Positions 32,942 through 43,909 are shown, numbered from the stretch's first letter. The stretch is 64,000 nt of DNA from Calditrichota bacterium (GCA_013150955.1 JAADJD010000038.1:92057-156056); one strand, 5' to 3'. Numbers and translations are program-made. The notes: a model not told the origin generated them from the letters alone.

Positions 32942-33361
32942 TCAATCCATGATTTCCCGATCGGAGAAATAAAAATAAATTTCCCGGACGGCATTTTCCG
33001 GGGAATCGGAGGCGTGCACACAATTCATCTGAATGTCCTTTCCAAACTCCTTACGGATGGTGCCCTCGGCCGCCTCTTTGGGATTGGTGGCTCCAATGAA
33101 GTTTCGAAAATCGGCAATGCAATTTTCTTTTTCCAGCACCATGGCCACAATCGGGCCGCTGCTCATGTATTCGGTTAATTCCCCATAAAAAGGGCGTTCC
33201 CGGTGCACTTCATAAAACTTTTCGGCTTCTCGCCTGGATAATTGCAACATCTTGATGGCTTTAATCCGAAAGCCAGCCTTTTCAATTCGGGAAATCACAT
33301 CCCCGATGTGCTTTTCGGCCACACACTCCGGCTTAATTAACGTCAGTGTTCGTTCTACCAC
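32942..33361 (-). CDS. ndk: Nucleoside-diphosphate kinase
   Basis: ERTLTLIKP, FYEVHRERPFY, IGATNP, GTIR, NCVHASDS. Confidence 0.97.
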   Translation of the reverse strand: MVERTLTLIKPECVAEKHIGDVISRIEKAGFRIKAIKMLQLSRREAEKFYEVHRERPFYGELTEYMSSGPIVAMVLEKENCIADFRNFIGATNPKEAAEGTIRKEFGKDIQMNCVHASDSPENAVREIYFYFSDREIMD

Positions 33362-33548
33362 CTTGTTCCTCCTGTTCCTTTAAATATGACCTTTCCTTTT
33401 TGCCGCGTAAAATTAGCGCGCAATGATTCGGTTCCCAAATGCTGATTTATTTTTTCGCCTCCGCAACCGAACGATCCGATGTTCCGTTACCCATTTCCAC
33501 ACGCGAGCCCCCACGGTCACCACAGCGGTTCGGTTGAATGCCCGGATT

Positions 33549-34424
33549 TTATTTTCCCAGCACTTCGGCAACCGTGCGACCAATCACCGCCGGGCTTTCC
33601 ACCACGGTAATGCCCGCATCCCGCAGCGCCTTCATCTTTTCCGCCGCCGTGCCTTTTCCACCGCTGATGATGGCACCGGCATGACCCATTCGCTTACCCG
33701 GAGGCGCAGTTTGTCCGGCAATAAAGGCCACCACCGGCTTGTTAAAATGCTCTTTAATCCAGGCCGCCGCTTCTTCCTCCGCCGTACCCCCAATCTCCCC
33801 AATCAGCACCACCGCTTCTGTTTCGTCATCTTCTTTGAACAGCTTCAACGCGTCGATGAATCGGGTGCCAATGACCGGATCGCCGCCAATCCCGATGCAG
33901 GTGGATTGCCCCAGCCCCATTTTGGTGATCTGATCCACCGCCTCATACGTCAGGGTACCGCTGCGGCTGATGATCCCCACCGTCCCTTCGCGATGAATGA
34001 ATCCGGGCATGATGCCCACCTTGCACTTTCCGGGAGAAATGACGCCGGGACAATTGGGGCCAATCAAACGGGTAGAGGTCTTTTGCAGGTAATTGTACAC
34101 CTTTACCATGTCCATTGCGGGAATACCTTCGGTAATACACACCACCGTCTCGATGCCGGCATCGGCGGCTTCGTAGATGGCATCGGGAGCAAATGCCGGG
34201 GGAACAAACACCACCGAAACATTGGCCCCGGTTTCCCGCACGGCTTCTTCCATGGTATTAAACACGGGAACGGTATCGTTAAACTTTTGCCCCCCTTTGC
34301 CAGGAGTGACGCCGGCAACCACACGGGTACCGTATTCGATCATCTGCTGGGCATGAAAGGATCCCTCTTTACCGGTAATTCCCTGAACCACCACACGGGT
34401 ATTTTCATCCACAATGATGCTCAT
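33549..34424 (-). CDS. sucD: Succinyl-CoA synthetase alpha subunit
   Basis: [43 protein letters not shown]. Confidence 0.97.
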   Translation of the reverse strand: MSIIVDENTRVVVQGITGKEGSFHAQQMIEYGTRVVAGVTPGKGGQKFNDTVPVFNTMEEAVRETGANVSVVFVPPAFAPDAIYEAADAGIETVVCITEGIPAMDMVKVYNYLQKTSTRLIGPNCPGVISPGKCKVGIMPGFIHREGTVGIISRSGTLTYEAVDQITKMGLGQSTCIGIGGDPVIGTRFIDALKLFKEDDETEAVVLIGEIGGTAEEEAAAWIKEHFNKPVVAFIAGQTAPPGKRMGHAGAIISGGKGTAAEKMKALRDAGITVVESPAVIGRTVAEVLGK

Positions 34425-34450
34425 GTTGTCTCCTCTTCCATTTTTGCGTT

Positions 34451-35611
34451 CTATTGAATCAGGCGAACCACTTTCTGAGCGGCTTCTTCCAGGGAAGAGG
34501 CCACTTCAAAATTCATACCGGAATTTTTCAGCAGTTCGGCCGCCTCTTCGGCGTTGGTACCGGCCAGACGAATGACCATGGGCACTCGAATGTCAATGGA
34601 CTTGGCTGCCTCGATGATTCCCCTGGCCACCCGATCGCAGCGCACGATACCGCCAAAGATGTTCACCAGCACCGCTTTGACGTTGGGATCGGATAGTAAA
34701 ATTTGAAACCCATTGCGCACGGTCTCCACGCTGGCGCCGCCACCCACATCCAGAAAGTTTGCCGGCATGCCCCCCGCCAGCTTAATGATGTCCATGGTCG
34801 CCATGGCCAGACCGGCACCATTCACCATACAGCCCACATTCCCATCCAACTTGATGTAGTTCAGGTGATACTTCGAAGCTTCCACTTCCAGCGGATCCTC
34901 CTCGTTGGTGTCCCGCATTTCGGCAATTTCGGGATGGCGGTAAAGGGCGTTATCATCAAAGTTCATTTTCGCATCCAGTGCCAGCACGTCGCCGGAACCG
35001 GTCACGACCAGAGGATTGATTTCCGCCAGCGAGGCGTCGCTCTCCACATACGCCCGATACAGCGCCAGGATAAACTTCACACCGTTTTTTACCTGATTTC
35101 CCGTCAGCCCCAGCTTGAAAGCCAAACGGCGCGCCTGAAAGGGCTGCAAACCAATTTCGGGATCCACATATTCTTTGAAGATGGCCTCCGGATGTTCTTC
35201 GGCAACCTTTTCGATTTCCACCCCGCCTTCGGTGGAGGCCATGATCACCAGCTTAGAAACCGATCGATCCAGCACAATGCCCAGATACAACTCACGGGCA
35301 ATATCCACCCCTTCTTCGATCAGTACTCGCTGAACCACCTTGCCTTCGGGCCCGGTCTGGTGGGTAACCAGCTTGCTGCCCAGCATCTGGGCAGCCAGTT
35401 CCTGAACTTCCTCCGGGCTTTTGGCCAGCTTCACCCCACCGGCTTTACCCCGCCCTCCAGCATGGATCTGTGCCTTTACCACAAATACGTCCCCACCCAG
35501 GGATTCCGCCGCCTCCCGGGCTTCTTCCGGGGTAAATGCCACCTGTCCCCGGGGCACCGCCACACCATATTTCCGTAAAATCTCTTTGGCCTGATGTTCG
35601 TGAATGTTCAT
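34451..35611 (-). CDS. sucC: Succinyl-CoA synthetase beta subunit
   Basis: [60 protein letters not shown]. Confidence 0.97.
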   Translation of the reverse strand: MNIHEHQAKEILRKYGVAVPRGQVAFTPEEAREAAESLGGDVFVVKAQIHAGGRGKAGGVKLAKSPEEVQELAAQMLGSKLVTHQTGPEGKVVQRVLIEEGVDIARELYLGIVLDRSVSKLVIMASTEGGVEIEKVAEEHPEAIFKEYVDPEIGLQPFQARRLAFKLGLTGNQVKNGVKFILALYRAYVESDASLAEINPLVVTGSGDVLALDAKMNFDDNALYRHPEIAEMRDTNEEDPLEVEASKYHLNYIKLDGNVGCMVNGAGLAMATMDIIKLAGGMPANFLDVGGGASVETVRNGFQILLSDPNVKAVLVNIFGGIVRCDRVARGIIEAAKSIDIRVPMVIRLAGTNAEEAAELLKNSGMNFEVASSLEEAAQKVVRLIQ

Positions 35612-35767
35612 GCGCTGCTCCTTCGGTTATTTTTGAAAAATGCTTTCCTGAATTTCACACCGCCATTTATTATCGCGAAACCATCCCACTCGTATTCCGA
35701 TAAAAAAGAAAGTTAATGCTTCCCGCGCGCAATATCCACCCTGGATCGGATTTGTTCTTCACCCGCC

Positions 35768-36742
35768 TCACGCATCCGGCAGGATGACCGTGCCCGCGCG
35801 ACCGTACACCGCATCGATGGATTTTTCGATGGAGGTGATGATGACCTTTCTCCCGCCATTGCGGATAAAATTGATGGCCGCCTGAATTTTGGGGCCCATA
35901 CTGCCGGGCGGGAAATGTCCCTCTGCCAGATAGCGTTCGGCCTCGCTGACGGTCATCCGATCCAGAAACCGCTGCTGGGGGGTGCCAAAATGCAACGCCA
36001 CCCGTTCCACACCGGTCAGAATCATCAACTCCTGCGCCCCGATATCATTCCCCAGCACTGCCGAAGCCAGATCTTTGTCGATGACCGCGTCCAGTCCCTC
36101 CAACCAGCCGTTGTCTTCGATGTAAACCGGGATACCCCCGCCACCCGCAGCAATCACCACCACATCGTTTTCCACCAGCAGACGGATCACCTCGCGTTCC
36201 ACCACCGATTTGGGTTGGGGGGAAGGTACCACCCGCCGCCAGCCCCGACCGGGATCCTCCTTCATGATCCAGCCGCGTTTCTCCACCAGCTCCGGCACCT
36301 GCTCCTTTTTAAAAAATGGCCCCACGTATTTGGTGGGATTCTTGATGGATGGGTCGTGCTTATCCACCAGCATCTGGGTCACAATGCAGGCCACCTGCTT
36401 TTCTATGCCATGATCATGCAGAATGTTCTGCAGGCACTGTTCAATCATGTACCCCATGCCCCCTTCCGTATCGGCCACGATGATGCCCAGTGGCAGGGGA
36501 GGTACCAGGTGCCGGGATTCCTCCACCCGGATCAGATAATTTCCCACCTGAGGGCCATTCCCGTGGGTAATGAGCACCCGATGCCCCATGCGAATCAGTT
36601 CCGCAACGCCTTCCAGACTGCGGCGGGTATTGGCGAACTGTTCGTGAATGTTGCCTTCTTCAAATTGCTGGGTAATGGCGTTGCCCCCCAGCGCCACCAC
36701 CACAGTTTTTCGATCGATCGCTTCAGTGGAATGCGTACGCAA
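35768..36742 (-). CDS. arcC: Carbamate kinase
   Basis: [54 protein letters not shown]; TTG start at 36742 follows an AAGGAG RBS. Confidence 0.95.
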   Translation of the reverse strand: MRTHSTEAIDRKTVVVALGGNAITQQFEEGNIHEQFANTRRSLEGVAELIRMGHRVLITHGNGPQVGNYLIRVEESRHLVPPLPLGIIVADTEGGMGYMIEQCLQNILHDHGIEKQVACIVTQMLVDKHDPSIKNPTKYVGPFFKKEQVPELVEKRGWIMKEDPGRGWRRVVPSPQPKSVVEREVIRLLVENDVVVIAAGGGGIPVYIEDNGWLEGLDAVIDKDLASAVLGNDIGAQELMILTGVERVALHFGTPQQRFLDRMTVSEAERYLAEGHFPPGSMGPKIQAAINFIRNGGRKVIITSIEKSIDAVYGRAGTVILPDA

Positions 36743-36765
36743 GCAGGCTCTCCTTTTCAATGGTT

Positions 36766-36812
36766 AAAAAACAATGGTGGCGCTGCCGAATAAAACATCC
36801 GCCAACGCCACC
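36766..36812 (-). terminator. Putative intrinsic terminator between the COG2403 gene and arcC
   Basis: Minus strand GGTGGCGTTGGCGGAT-loop-ATTCGGCAGCGCCACC followed by ATTGTTTTTT. Confidence 0.55.
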
Positions 36813-36835
36813 GGTCGTTTCCTACCCGATTTCAA

Positions 36836-38158
36836 CTATTTCAGGAAATCGCTTAAAACATCCTTCAAATCCGGCGTGCCGATCTCCTGCAATTCGTAAG
36901 TGACCCGAACCGCCGGTTTGTTTAGTTTCACCAGCTTCCGCAGGTCAATGGGGGTCCCCACAATCACCAGATCGCACTCGGTCCGGTTGATGGTTTCCTC
37001 CAGGTCGCGGATCTGCTGTTCGCCATATCCCATGGCCGGCAACAAGGTGCCAATGTCCGGATATTTCTCGAACGTTTCTGTGATGGTACCTACCGTGTAA
37101 GGCCGCGGATCCACCAGCTCTGCGGCACCATATTTTTCCGCAGCAACCACCGCGGCACCATAGGTCATTTCTCCATGGGTCAGGGTGGGACCATCCTCCA
37201 CCGCCAGAATGCGCTTCCCCTGAATGAGATGGTAATCCTCTACAAAAATGGGGGATGCTGCCTCGATGATGGTCGCACCGGGATTGACTTCGTAAATGGA
37301 TTCGCGCACCATGTTGACGCTTTCAGGATCGGCGGTGTCGATCTTATTGATCACCACCGCATGCGCCATGCGCAAATTCGCTTCTCCGGGATAATAGAAA
37401 CGCTCGTCTCCTGGCCGATGCGGATCCACCACGGTGATGTGCAAATCGGGTTTGAAAAAGGGCAAATCGTTATTGCCCCCATCCCACACCACCACATCGG
37501 CTTCTTTTTCGGCTTCCCGAAGAATGGCCTCGTAATCCACCCCGGCATACACCACGTGGCCACGTACGATGTGGGGTTCGTATTCCTCCCGTTCTTCGAT
37601 GGTGCACTTATGTTTATCCAAGTCCTCCAGCGAGGCAAATCGTTGCACCCGCTGGGCCACCAAATCGCCATATGGCATGGGATGCCGGACCACGGCCACT
37701 TTCTTCCCGGCCTCGCGCAACATCTGCACCACCTTCCGGGTGGTCTGGCTTTTTCCGCAACCGGTGCGCACCGCACACACAGCAATAACCGGTTTACTGG
37801 ACGCCAACATCGTATGCCGCGGCCCCATCACCTTAAAATCCGCCCCGGCCGCATTCACGATGGCGGATCGTTCCATGACATAATCGTAAGGTACATCGGA
37901 GTAGGCAAAAACCACCTCCTGAACGTCCATTTTTTCAATCAACTCTGGCAGCTGGCTTTCGGGATAAATATCGATGCCGTTGGGATACAACTTCCCGGCC
38001 AGCTGTGGTGGATATTTTCGTCCTTCTATATTGGGGATCTGGGTTGCCGTAAAAGCCACCACTTCGTATTGATCGTTGTCCCGGAAATACACGTTGAAAT
38101 TATGAAAATCACGCCCTGCCGCACCCATGATGATCACGCGCTTTTTGGCCATGGACAT
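36836..38158 (-). CDS. COG2403 P-loop protein (cDPG-synthetase-like), probable arginine synthetase ArcE
   Basis: IMGAAGRDFHNFN, AVRTGCGKSQT, VRHPMPYG, TIEEREEYE, WDGGNND, EDGPTLTHG; lies directly upstream of carbamate kinase. Confidence 0.75.
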   Translation of the reverse strand: MSMAKKRVIIMGAAGRDFHNFNVYFRDNDQYEVVAFTATQIPNIEGRKYPPQLAGKLYPNGIDIYPESQLPELIEKMDVQEVVFAYSDVPYDYVMERSAIVNAAGADFKVMGPRHTMLASSKPVIAVCAVRTGCGKSQTTRKVVQMLREAGKKVAVVRHPMPYGDLVAQRVQRFASLEDLDKHKCTIEEREEYEPHIVRGHVVYAGVDYEAILREAEKEADVVVWDGGNNDLPFFKPDLHITVVDPHRPGDERFYYPGEANLRMAHAVVINKIDTADPESVNMVRESIYEVNPGATIIEAASPIFVEDYHLIQGKRILAVEDGPTLTHGEMTYGAAVVAAEKYGAAELVDPRPYTVGTITETFEKYPDIGTLLPAMGYGEQQIRDLEETINRTECDLVIVGTPIDLRKLVKLNKPAVRVTYELQEIGTPDLKDVLSDFLK

Positions 38159-38589
38159 GTCCTCCTTCATGGTTTTTGGTTTGTATCCATCGACGAAAAT
38201 CAGAAAAAAATAATCATGTACCGGCGAAAATGCAGGGTGGGCAGTTAGCTAAACCCGTACCATTGCTGACAGGCAATCAAATATGTTTCTAAAATGAAGT
38301 TATACTCCATGGAAACGTGATGATTTTCCGGTTTATCATTGGGTGGAAAATATACATCATGGCAACAAAAAAGAAAACTGGAATTTGAAATGATGAGAGC
38401 CAACAGGGAGATTCCTTTCAGGAATCGGCGAAAAATTCCAGAAAAATTGTATTTTTACCCGCCGGAAGGGAGAGGATTTACAGGATTTTTTCTCCAGGCT
38501 GTCAATAAATTGAAATGTTATTTATATTTGAATAAAACGCAGGTATTTGAAATGACGCGGGTAGAACCAAAATGCGCTATGGAGGTGAC

Positions 38590-40176
38590 ATGGACTTACT
38601 TATTAAGCAACTGAACGGTCTGGGTCTTTCGAACTGGAAAGACCTGCATGTGAACTGGTCCTCTCCGCAGCTGGTGGAGGAGGCCATTCGTCGCCGGGAA
38701 GGCGTGCTGGCAAACAACGGGGCGTTAATTGTGGAAACGGGGGAACGCACGGGTCGCTCACCGAATGACCGCTACGTGGTGGAAGAGCCTTCAACCCGAG
38801 ATCACATTGCCTGGGGTAAAGTGAACAAACCTATGTCCGAAGCCCAGTTTGAACGCCTGCTGGGCAAAATTCAATCCTATTTCCAGGGAAGAGACCTTTT
38901 TGTGCAGGATCTGTTTGCGGGTCAGGATCCCGAATATCGGCTACCCATTCGGGTGGTTTCGGAGCTGGCCTGGGGTGCCCTGTTTGCCCGCACCATGTTT
39001 GTGCGGCCCAGGAGTGTGGATGAAGTGGCCAATCATCAACCGGAATTTACCGTGCTCCATGCACCCAGATTGCATGCCGTACCGGAAGTGGATGGAACCC
39101 GCTCCCACGTGTTTGTGGTGATCCATTTTGCGCGGAAGCTGATCCTGATTGGGGGCACCATGTATGGCGGCGAAATTAAAAAGTCTATCTTTTCGGTGAT
39201 GAACTTCCTGCTACCGTTTAAGAATGTGTTTCCGATGCACTGTTCTGCAAACGTGGGTGCCGATGGCGACGTGGCGTTGTTTTTCGGGCTGTCCGGAACC
39301 GGAAAGACCAGCCTTTCGGCCGATCCAGAGCGGAAGCTGATAGGCGACGATGAACACGGCTGGAGCGATCGGGGCATCTTCAACTTCGAGGGGGGCTGTT
39401 ACGCCAAAACCATTCGATTGTCCCCGGAAAAGGAGCCGCAGATTTACAATGCGATCCGGTTCGGCTCCATCACCGAAAACGTGGTGTATGATCCGATCAC
39501 CCGGGCCATTGATTACGATTCGGACAAAATCACCGAAAACACCCGGGCCACCTACCCCCTGGAACACATCGATAACATCCAGCTCCCGGCAATTGGAGGC
39601 CATCCCCGAAACGTACTGTTCCTCACGGCAGATGCTTTCGGGGTGTTGCCCCCCATTGCCAAACTGACTCCGGAAATGGCCATGTACCACTTCATCTCGG
39701 GCTACACCTCCAAGCTGGCGGGTACCGAAACCGGCATTGATGAACCGGTGGCCACCTTTAGCGAATGTTTTGCCGCCCCCTTTCTGCCGCTGCCAGCCAC
39801 CCGATACGCCGAAATGCTGGGTGAGAAAATGCGCCAGCACAAGGTCAATGTCTGGCTGGTCAATACCGGCTGGTCGGGTGGACCGTATGGTGTGGGCAAA
39901 CGGATTGATATCCGTTTTACCCGGGCAATGGTTAAAGCGGCGTTGAACGGGGATCTGGATCGGGTGGAATTTCGTCCGGATCCGATTTTCAGGGTGCTGG
40001 TTCCCACGCAATGCCCGGGGGTGCCAGCAGAGATTCTCAATCCCCGTAATACCTGGGAAGACAAAAGCGCATACGACCTCAAGGCACGTGAGTTGGCACG
40101 GCGGTTTCAGGAGAATTTCAAGCGATTTCCGAATGCCTCGGAGGAAATTAAAGCAGCGGGACCCAAATCCGATTGA
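38590..40176 (+). CDS. pckA: Phosphoenolpyruvate carboxykinase (ATP)
   Basis: [53 protein letters not shown]; GGAGGT RBS before ATG 38590. Confidence 0.97.
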   Translation: MDLLIKQLNGLGLSNWKDLHVNWSSPQLVEEAIRRREGVLANNGALIVETGERTGRSPNDRYVVEEPSTRDHIAWGKVNKPMSEAQFERLLGKIQSYFQGRDLFVQDLFAGQDPEYRLPIRVVSELAWGALFARTMFVRPRSVDEVANHQPEFTVLHAPRLHAVPEVDGTRSHVFVVIHFARKLILIGGTMYGGEIKKSIFSVMNFLLPFKNVFPMHCSANVGADGDVALFFGLSGTGKTSLSADPERKLIGDDEHGWSDRGIFNFEGGCYAKTIRLSPEKEPQIYNAIRFGSITENVVYDPITRAIDYDSDKITENTRATYPLEHIDNIQLPAIGGHPRNVLFLTADAFGVLPPIAKLTPEMAMYHFISGYTSKLAGTETGIDEPVATFSECFAAPFLPLPATRYAEMLGEKMRQHKVNVWLVNTGWSGGPYGVGKRIDIRFTRAMVKAALNGDLDRVEFRPDPIFRVLVPTQCPGVPAEILNPRNTWEDKSAYDLKARELARRFQENFKRFPNASEEIKAAGPKSD

Positions 40177-40181
40177 TTCCT

Positions 40182-40217
40182 AAAGCGGTTGCGGTACGTT
40201 GCCGCAACCGCTTTTTC
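40182..40217 (+). terminator. Intrinsic terminator after pckA
   Basis: AAAGCGGTTGCGG-tacgttg-CCGCAACCGCTTTTT, a perfect 13-bp stem. Confidence 0.85.
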
Positions 40218-40258
40218 AGGCTCTAAACCGGGAACACGATTTTCATCCTGCAAAATAA

Positions 40259-40540
40259 ACCCAGATTATGCATTCGCCTACGAATGACACGAATGAACAT
40301 TAATAAAACAAATAAACCCAAATAAAGCGTTAAACCACGAATCACGCGAATGAATTCTAAAATAATCAATAAAAAAGCGAATATATCCGGGAAAGCATTT
40401 TCATCCAGATAGAATCAAGTGCATTTTATTATTTTTATTGGTATTCATTCGTGTAATTCGTGGTTCTAATGCATAATCTGGGTTTATTATTTTTATTGGT
40501 GTTAATTCGTGTAATTCGTAGGATAATGCATAATCTGGGT
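40259..40540. mobile_element. Nested MITE-like cluster: left-arm stub (+), full copy (-, 40316-40483), left-arm stub (-)
   Basis: Four element termini (ACCC at 40259 and 40316, GGGT ending 40483 and 40540), each next to TAA or TTA; outer flanks TAA/TAA. Confidence 0.85.
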
Positions 40541-41809
40541 TAATCTTTCCTGAAAATACGATACCAGAAACTGTTGCTGCTCTTCCAGAGAACGATCGGG
40601 CAACAGGCAAAAGGGCGGATTGACCTCCAGAACAACCGAGGCCCGAGACGGCCAGGAAGCCCATCGGGGCCAGAACTGGTAAGCGCCATGGATAATCACC
40701 GGATATATGGGTTGGCGGGACTGCATCAATAGCTTTACCACGCTCCATTTAAAAGGCTGTAAGCCGCCACCCCAGCAGCGCTCGCCTTCGGGGAAAATCC
40801 CCACCCGCACACCTCGACTCAACAATCGGTGAATCTGACGGATGACCACCGGATCGCGCTGATAACGGGTGGTGGGAATGCCCATGGCCCACCGCAAAAA
40901 CGCACGCGGAATCGCACTCCCAAAGGAGGTGCTTTTGGTCAAAAATGCAATTTGATAATCCAGAAATGCGCCAATGATGAATGGATCCATGATGCTTTGA
41001 TGATTGGCGATGACAAATCCCTTTCCGGATCGCAACAAATCCACCGCACCGCGTACCTGCACTCGAATCCAGAACCGCAACACCCCCCTTAATACTCTCC
41101 GGGCAAGGGATTTCAAGAATCGATCCGTCCAGGGAAAATCCGGTCTGGTTTGAATTGGATCAGGTGAACGGAAATTTGCGGATTTGCGAGGAAGGGTTGT
41201 GATAACCCGGGGCTGAAATTCCACCACCTGCTTTCCCATCCGGTGATACCATCCCCGTAACCACTTCTGAAGAATTAATTCATACTTCAGGGGACTTTCT
41301 TTCTGAAAATCCAGATGGTAGACCGGTTCCCCCCTGATTTTAAGTTCCAGGTAATGCCCATCGGTGGTGATGCAGGTGACGTTTTCCGCCGGCCAGTCGA
41401 GACATTGATTTGCTCCCCAGAAACAAAGACGGTCTTCATAAATCACCAGCCGCCCTTTTGCCCGGGAACGATATCGCACCAGCCAGCGGCGGAACCAGTT
41501 TCGGTATCCCCGGAAGAAAAATTGCACATCGCCGCTGTACAGGGTTACCGGGCCACTGACCCGCAGCGGCGAAAGTTTATCGGCATCGCACGGGGGATTT
41601 TCGTTGGGCATTTCCGGCAAAGGCCGAGCCACTGGTAAATGATCGCGTAAAAAATGATAATACGCATCCGTAGTAAATTCCCGATTCCCCACACGAATTC
41701 CCTTCCGATGGAACACCACCGGCTGATGACAGCTCTGGCAGCGGCCATCATGGAAGGATTCTTCGGCCTGACAGTGGGGACACAGAAAATAAAATCGGTG
41801 TGCTTTCAT
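40502..41809 (-). CDS. 1-acyl-sn-glycerol-3-phosphate acyltransferase-like (PlsC domain) with N-terminal CxxC..CxxC domain
   Basis: IANHQSIMDPF, AFLTK, GIFPEGER, PIYPV; N-terminal CPHC...CQSC. The last 12 codons come from the repeat element. Confidence 0.85.
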   Translation of the reverse strand: MKAHRFYFLCPHCQAEESFHDGRCQSCHQPVVFHRKGIRVGNREFTTDAYYHFLRDHLPVARPLPEMPNENPPCDADKLSPLRVSGPVTLYSGDVQFFFRGYRNWFRRWLVRYRSRAKGRLVIYEDRLCFWGANQCLDWPAENVTCITTDGHYLELKIRGEPVYHLDFQKESPLKYELILQKWLRGWYHRMGKQVVEFQPRVITTLPRKSANFRSPDPIQTRPDFPWTDRFLKSLARRVLRGVLRFWIRVQVRGAVDLLRSGKGFVIANHQSIMDPFIIGAFLDYQIAFLTKSTSFGSAIPRAFLRWAMGIPTTRYQRDPVVIRQIHRLLSRGVRVGIFPEGERCWGGGLQPFKWSVVKLLMQSRQPIYPVIIHGAYQFWPRWASWPSRASVVLEVNPPFCLLPDRSLEEQQQFLVSYFQERLTQIMHYPTNYTN

Positions 41810-41871
41810 ATGGGTTTATTTGTGGTCATATGATGGATTTGCCCCGGCCAATCGATTCGTTCCCGGATAAC

Positions 41872-41895
41872 AAAAAAGCCGCTCCGTAGAGCGGC
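41872..41895 (-). terminator. Intrinsic terminator after rplS
   Basis: Minus strand GCCGCTC-tacg-GAGCGGC-TTTTTT. Confidence 0.8.
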
Positions 41896-41908
41896 CATTT
41901 GTTCGGAC

Positions 41909-42250
41909 CTACCGTTTTTCCTTGATGCGTGCGGCTTTCCCCTGACGATTGCGCAGGTAATACAGTTTGGCACGGCGCACCCGCCCTACTTTCAGTACCT
42001 CAATTTTTTCGATCCGTGGGGAATGCAGGGGAAAAATTCGCTCCACACCAACGCCATTGGAGATTTTCCGCACCGTAAAGGTGGCATTAATTCCCGAACC
42101 CCGTTTTTTAATGCACACTCCGGTAAACACCTGAATGCGCTCTTTGTCCCCTTCCCGTACTTTAAAATGCACGGCAATTGTGTCTCCGGCTTTAAAATCG
42201 GGCAGGTCTGTTCGCAGTTGCTCTGCCGTCACCGCGTTTAAAATATCCAT
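41909..42250 (-). CDS. rplS: 50S ribosomal protein L19
   Basis: [46 protein letters not shown]. Confidence 0.98.
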   Translation of the reverse strand: MDILNAVTAEQLRTDLPDFKAGDTIAVHFKVREGDKERIQVFTGVCIKKRGSGINATFTVRKISNGVGVERIFPLHSPRIEKIEVLKVGRVRRAKLYYLRNRQGKAARIKEKR

Positions 42251-42312
42251 GGTCGCCTCCAGCTTTTATTTTTTACCCGTTGTTCATTTTGTTCAATGGT
42301 TTTATCGATCAC

Positions 42313-43035
42313 TTACCCGGACTTTTGTTTTCCCTTCCGGGAATTTAGAAATTTTTCGTACAAATCCGGTCGTCGCGCCCGGGTTCGTTCCAGACGTTGT
42401 TCCATGCGCCAGCGGGCAATCTTTTGATGATTCCCGGACAACAGCACCTCTGGTACCCGCATTCCCCGATACACTTCTGGACGGGTGTAGTATGGGCAAT
42501 CCAGTAAAAAGTCCTGAAAAGAATCGGTTCGAGCCGATTCGATGTCGCTGATGACCCCGGGAATCAGTCGCACAATGGCATCAATCATCAGCAGGCTGGG
42601 GATCTCGCCACCGGTCAGGATAAAATCTCCGATGGAAATTTCATCCGTCACCCAGTAATCGATGACCCGCTGATCCACTGCCTTATAATGCCCACACAGA
42701 AATACCAGGTGGCTTTCCCCGGCCAGTTCCTGAGCCACCTGCTGATCGAACATCCGTCCCTGCGGTGTGGGAAAAATAATCCGGGCACTTCGCCGATCCC
42801 CACTCTGCCGAAAAATATAATCCAGCGCCTCAAAAAACGGTTCCGGTTTCAGGACCATCCCAGGTCCTCCACCGTAGGGTACATCATCCACCGTTCGGTG
42901 TTTATCGGTGGTAAAATCCCGCAAATCCCACAATCGCAAATCCAGTTCCACCCGTTTGCGCGCCTGTTTAAGGATGCTCTCGTTCAGGGGTTCACGCAGG
43001 ATTCGGGGAAACGCTGTGATGACGTCAATCCGCAT
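42313..43035 (-). CDS. trmD: tRNA (guanine-N1)-methyltransferase
   Basis: VDDVPYGGGPGMVLKPEP, LCGHY, EISIGDFILTGGE, YTRP, VPEVLLSGNH; start MRIDV at 43035. Confidence 0.97.
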   Translation of the reverse strand: MRIDVITAFPRILREPLNESILKQARKRVELDLRLWDLRDFTTDKHRTVDDVPYGGGPGMVLKPEPFFEALDYIFRQSGDRRSARIIFPTPQGRMFDQQVAQELAGESHLVFLCGHYKAVDQRVIDYWVTDEISIGDFILTGGEIPSLLMIDAIVRLIPGVISDIESARTDSFQDFLLDCPYYTRPEVYRGMRVPEVLLSGNHQKIARWRMEQRLERTRARRPDLYEKFLNSRKGKQKSG

Positions 43036-43552
43036 TTTCCTCCTCTTCCAGCATTCCCTCAATCAACTGCACCACCACTTTCCCGGCGTTCAGATCCACG
43101 GCCTTAACAAACTGGGAGATGGCCGGGATCAAAACCTCGCGTTTCCCCTGGCGGACCACATACACATCGTGGGCACCCCGGGTCCAGACTTCCTCCAGTG
43201 TCCCCAGAAACTGTCCTTCCGTGTCAAAGACCTTCAAACCAATCAAATCGTGAATAAAATAGGTATCCTCTGGCAATTCAATTTTTTCCGTTTCGGGCAC
43301 AAACAATTCCTTTTGAGTTAGCTGCCGGGCTAACTCCTTGGTGTGAACCCCCTTTAATTTCAACAGGATCGTGGATCCTCTCAGTTGCACATCTTCGACG
43401 ATGAATCCACGATACCCCTCATCCGTCTCGACATAAACGGTTTTTAATTGCAAAAACCGTTCTGGAATTCCCGAATAGGCTACGGCTTTGACATACCCCT
43501 GAACGCCATGGGTTTGCAAAACCCGCCCGATTGCTATATACATGGCATCCAA
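43025..43552 (-). CDS. rimM: Ribosome maturation factor RimM
   Basis: IGRVLQTHGVQG, YFIHDLIGLKV, GAHDVYVV, EVLIPA; canonical position. Confidence 0.93.
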   Translation of the reverse strand: MDAMYIAIGRVLQTHGVQGYVKAVAYSGIPERFLQLKTVYVETDEGYRGFIVEDVQLRGSTILLKLKGVHTKELARQLTQKELFVPETEKIELPEDTYFIHDLIGLKVFDTEGQFLGTLEEVWTRGAHDVYVVRQGKREVLIPAISQFVKAVDLNAGKVVVQLIEGMLEEEENAD

Positions 43553-43621
43553 ACATTAAAAAACAAGATTCGGGAAAACCCCCTTCCCGAATCTTGCAGG
43601 CATCCATTGGTCAATAAATTT

Positions 43622-43852
43622 TTATTCAAGGATTTCCAATACGGCTCGCTTCCCCATTTTGGCGGCCGCCGCGCTCAAGAGGGTTCGAATGGCCTTGGCG
43701 GTTTGACCGCGCTTTCCAATCACTTTACCCAGGTCGCCATCACCCACGCGCAGTTCGTAAACCGTAACTCGCTCTCCTTCCACTTCCGTCACCTGAACCT
43801 CTTCCGGCTTATCCACAAGATGCTTAGCAATGAACTCCACGAATTCTTTCAT
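43622..43852 (-). CDS. khpA: KH-domain RNA-binding protein (KhpA/YlqC)
   Basis: [28 protein letters not shown]; lies between rpsP and rimM. Confidence 0.92.
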   Translation of the reverse strand: MKEFVEFIAKHLVDKPEEVQVTEVEGERVTVYELRVGDGDLGKVIGKRGQTAKAIRTLLSAAAAKMGKRAVLEILE

Positions 43853-43909
43853 CGACCATACCTCCTTTAACCTATTTGAAGTTGTGAATTATTTAGGAGA
43901 TGTTTTGCC

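Noticed and set aside
32863-33021. Extended N-terminus of the EEP protein given in the ORF track (similarly for trmD, arcC, pckA)
   Set aside because: It overlaps ndk and hides the lipoprotein signal; downstream starts with an RBS or a family-typical N-terminus were used instead.
36836-38158. Annotation as cyclic 2,3-diphosphoglycerate synthetase (cpgS)
   Set aside because: The neighbour is carbamate kinase rather than 2-phosphoglycerate kinase; no gene symbol is assigned without phylogeny.
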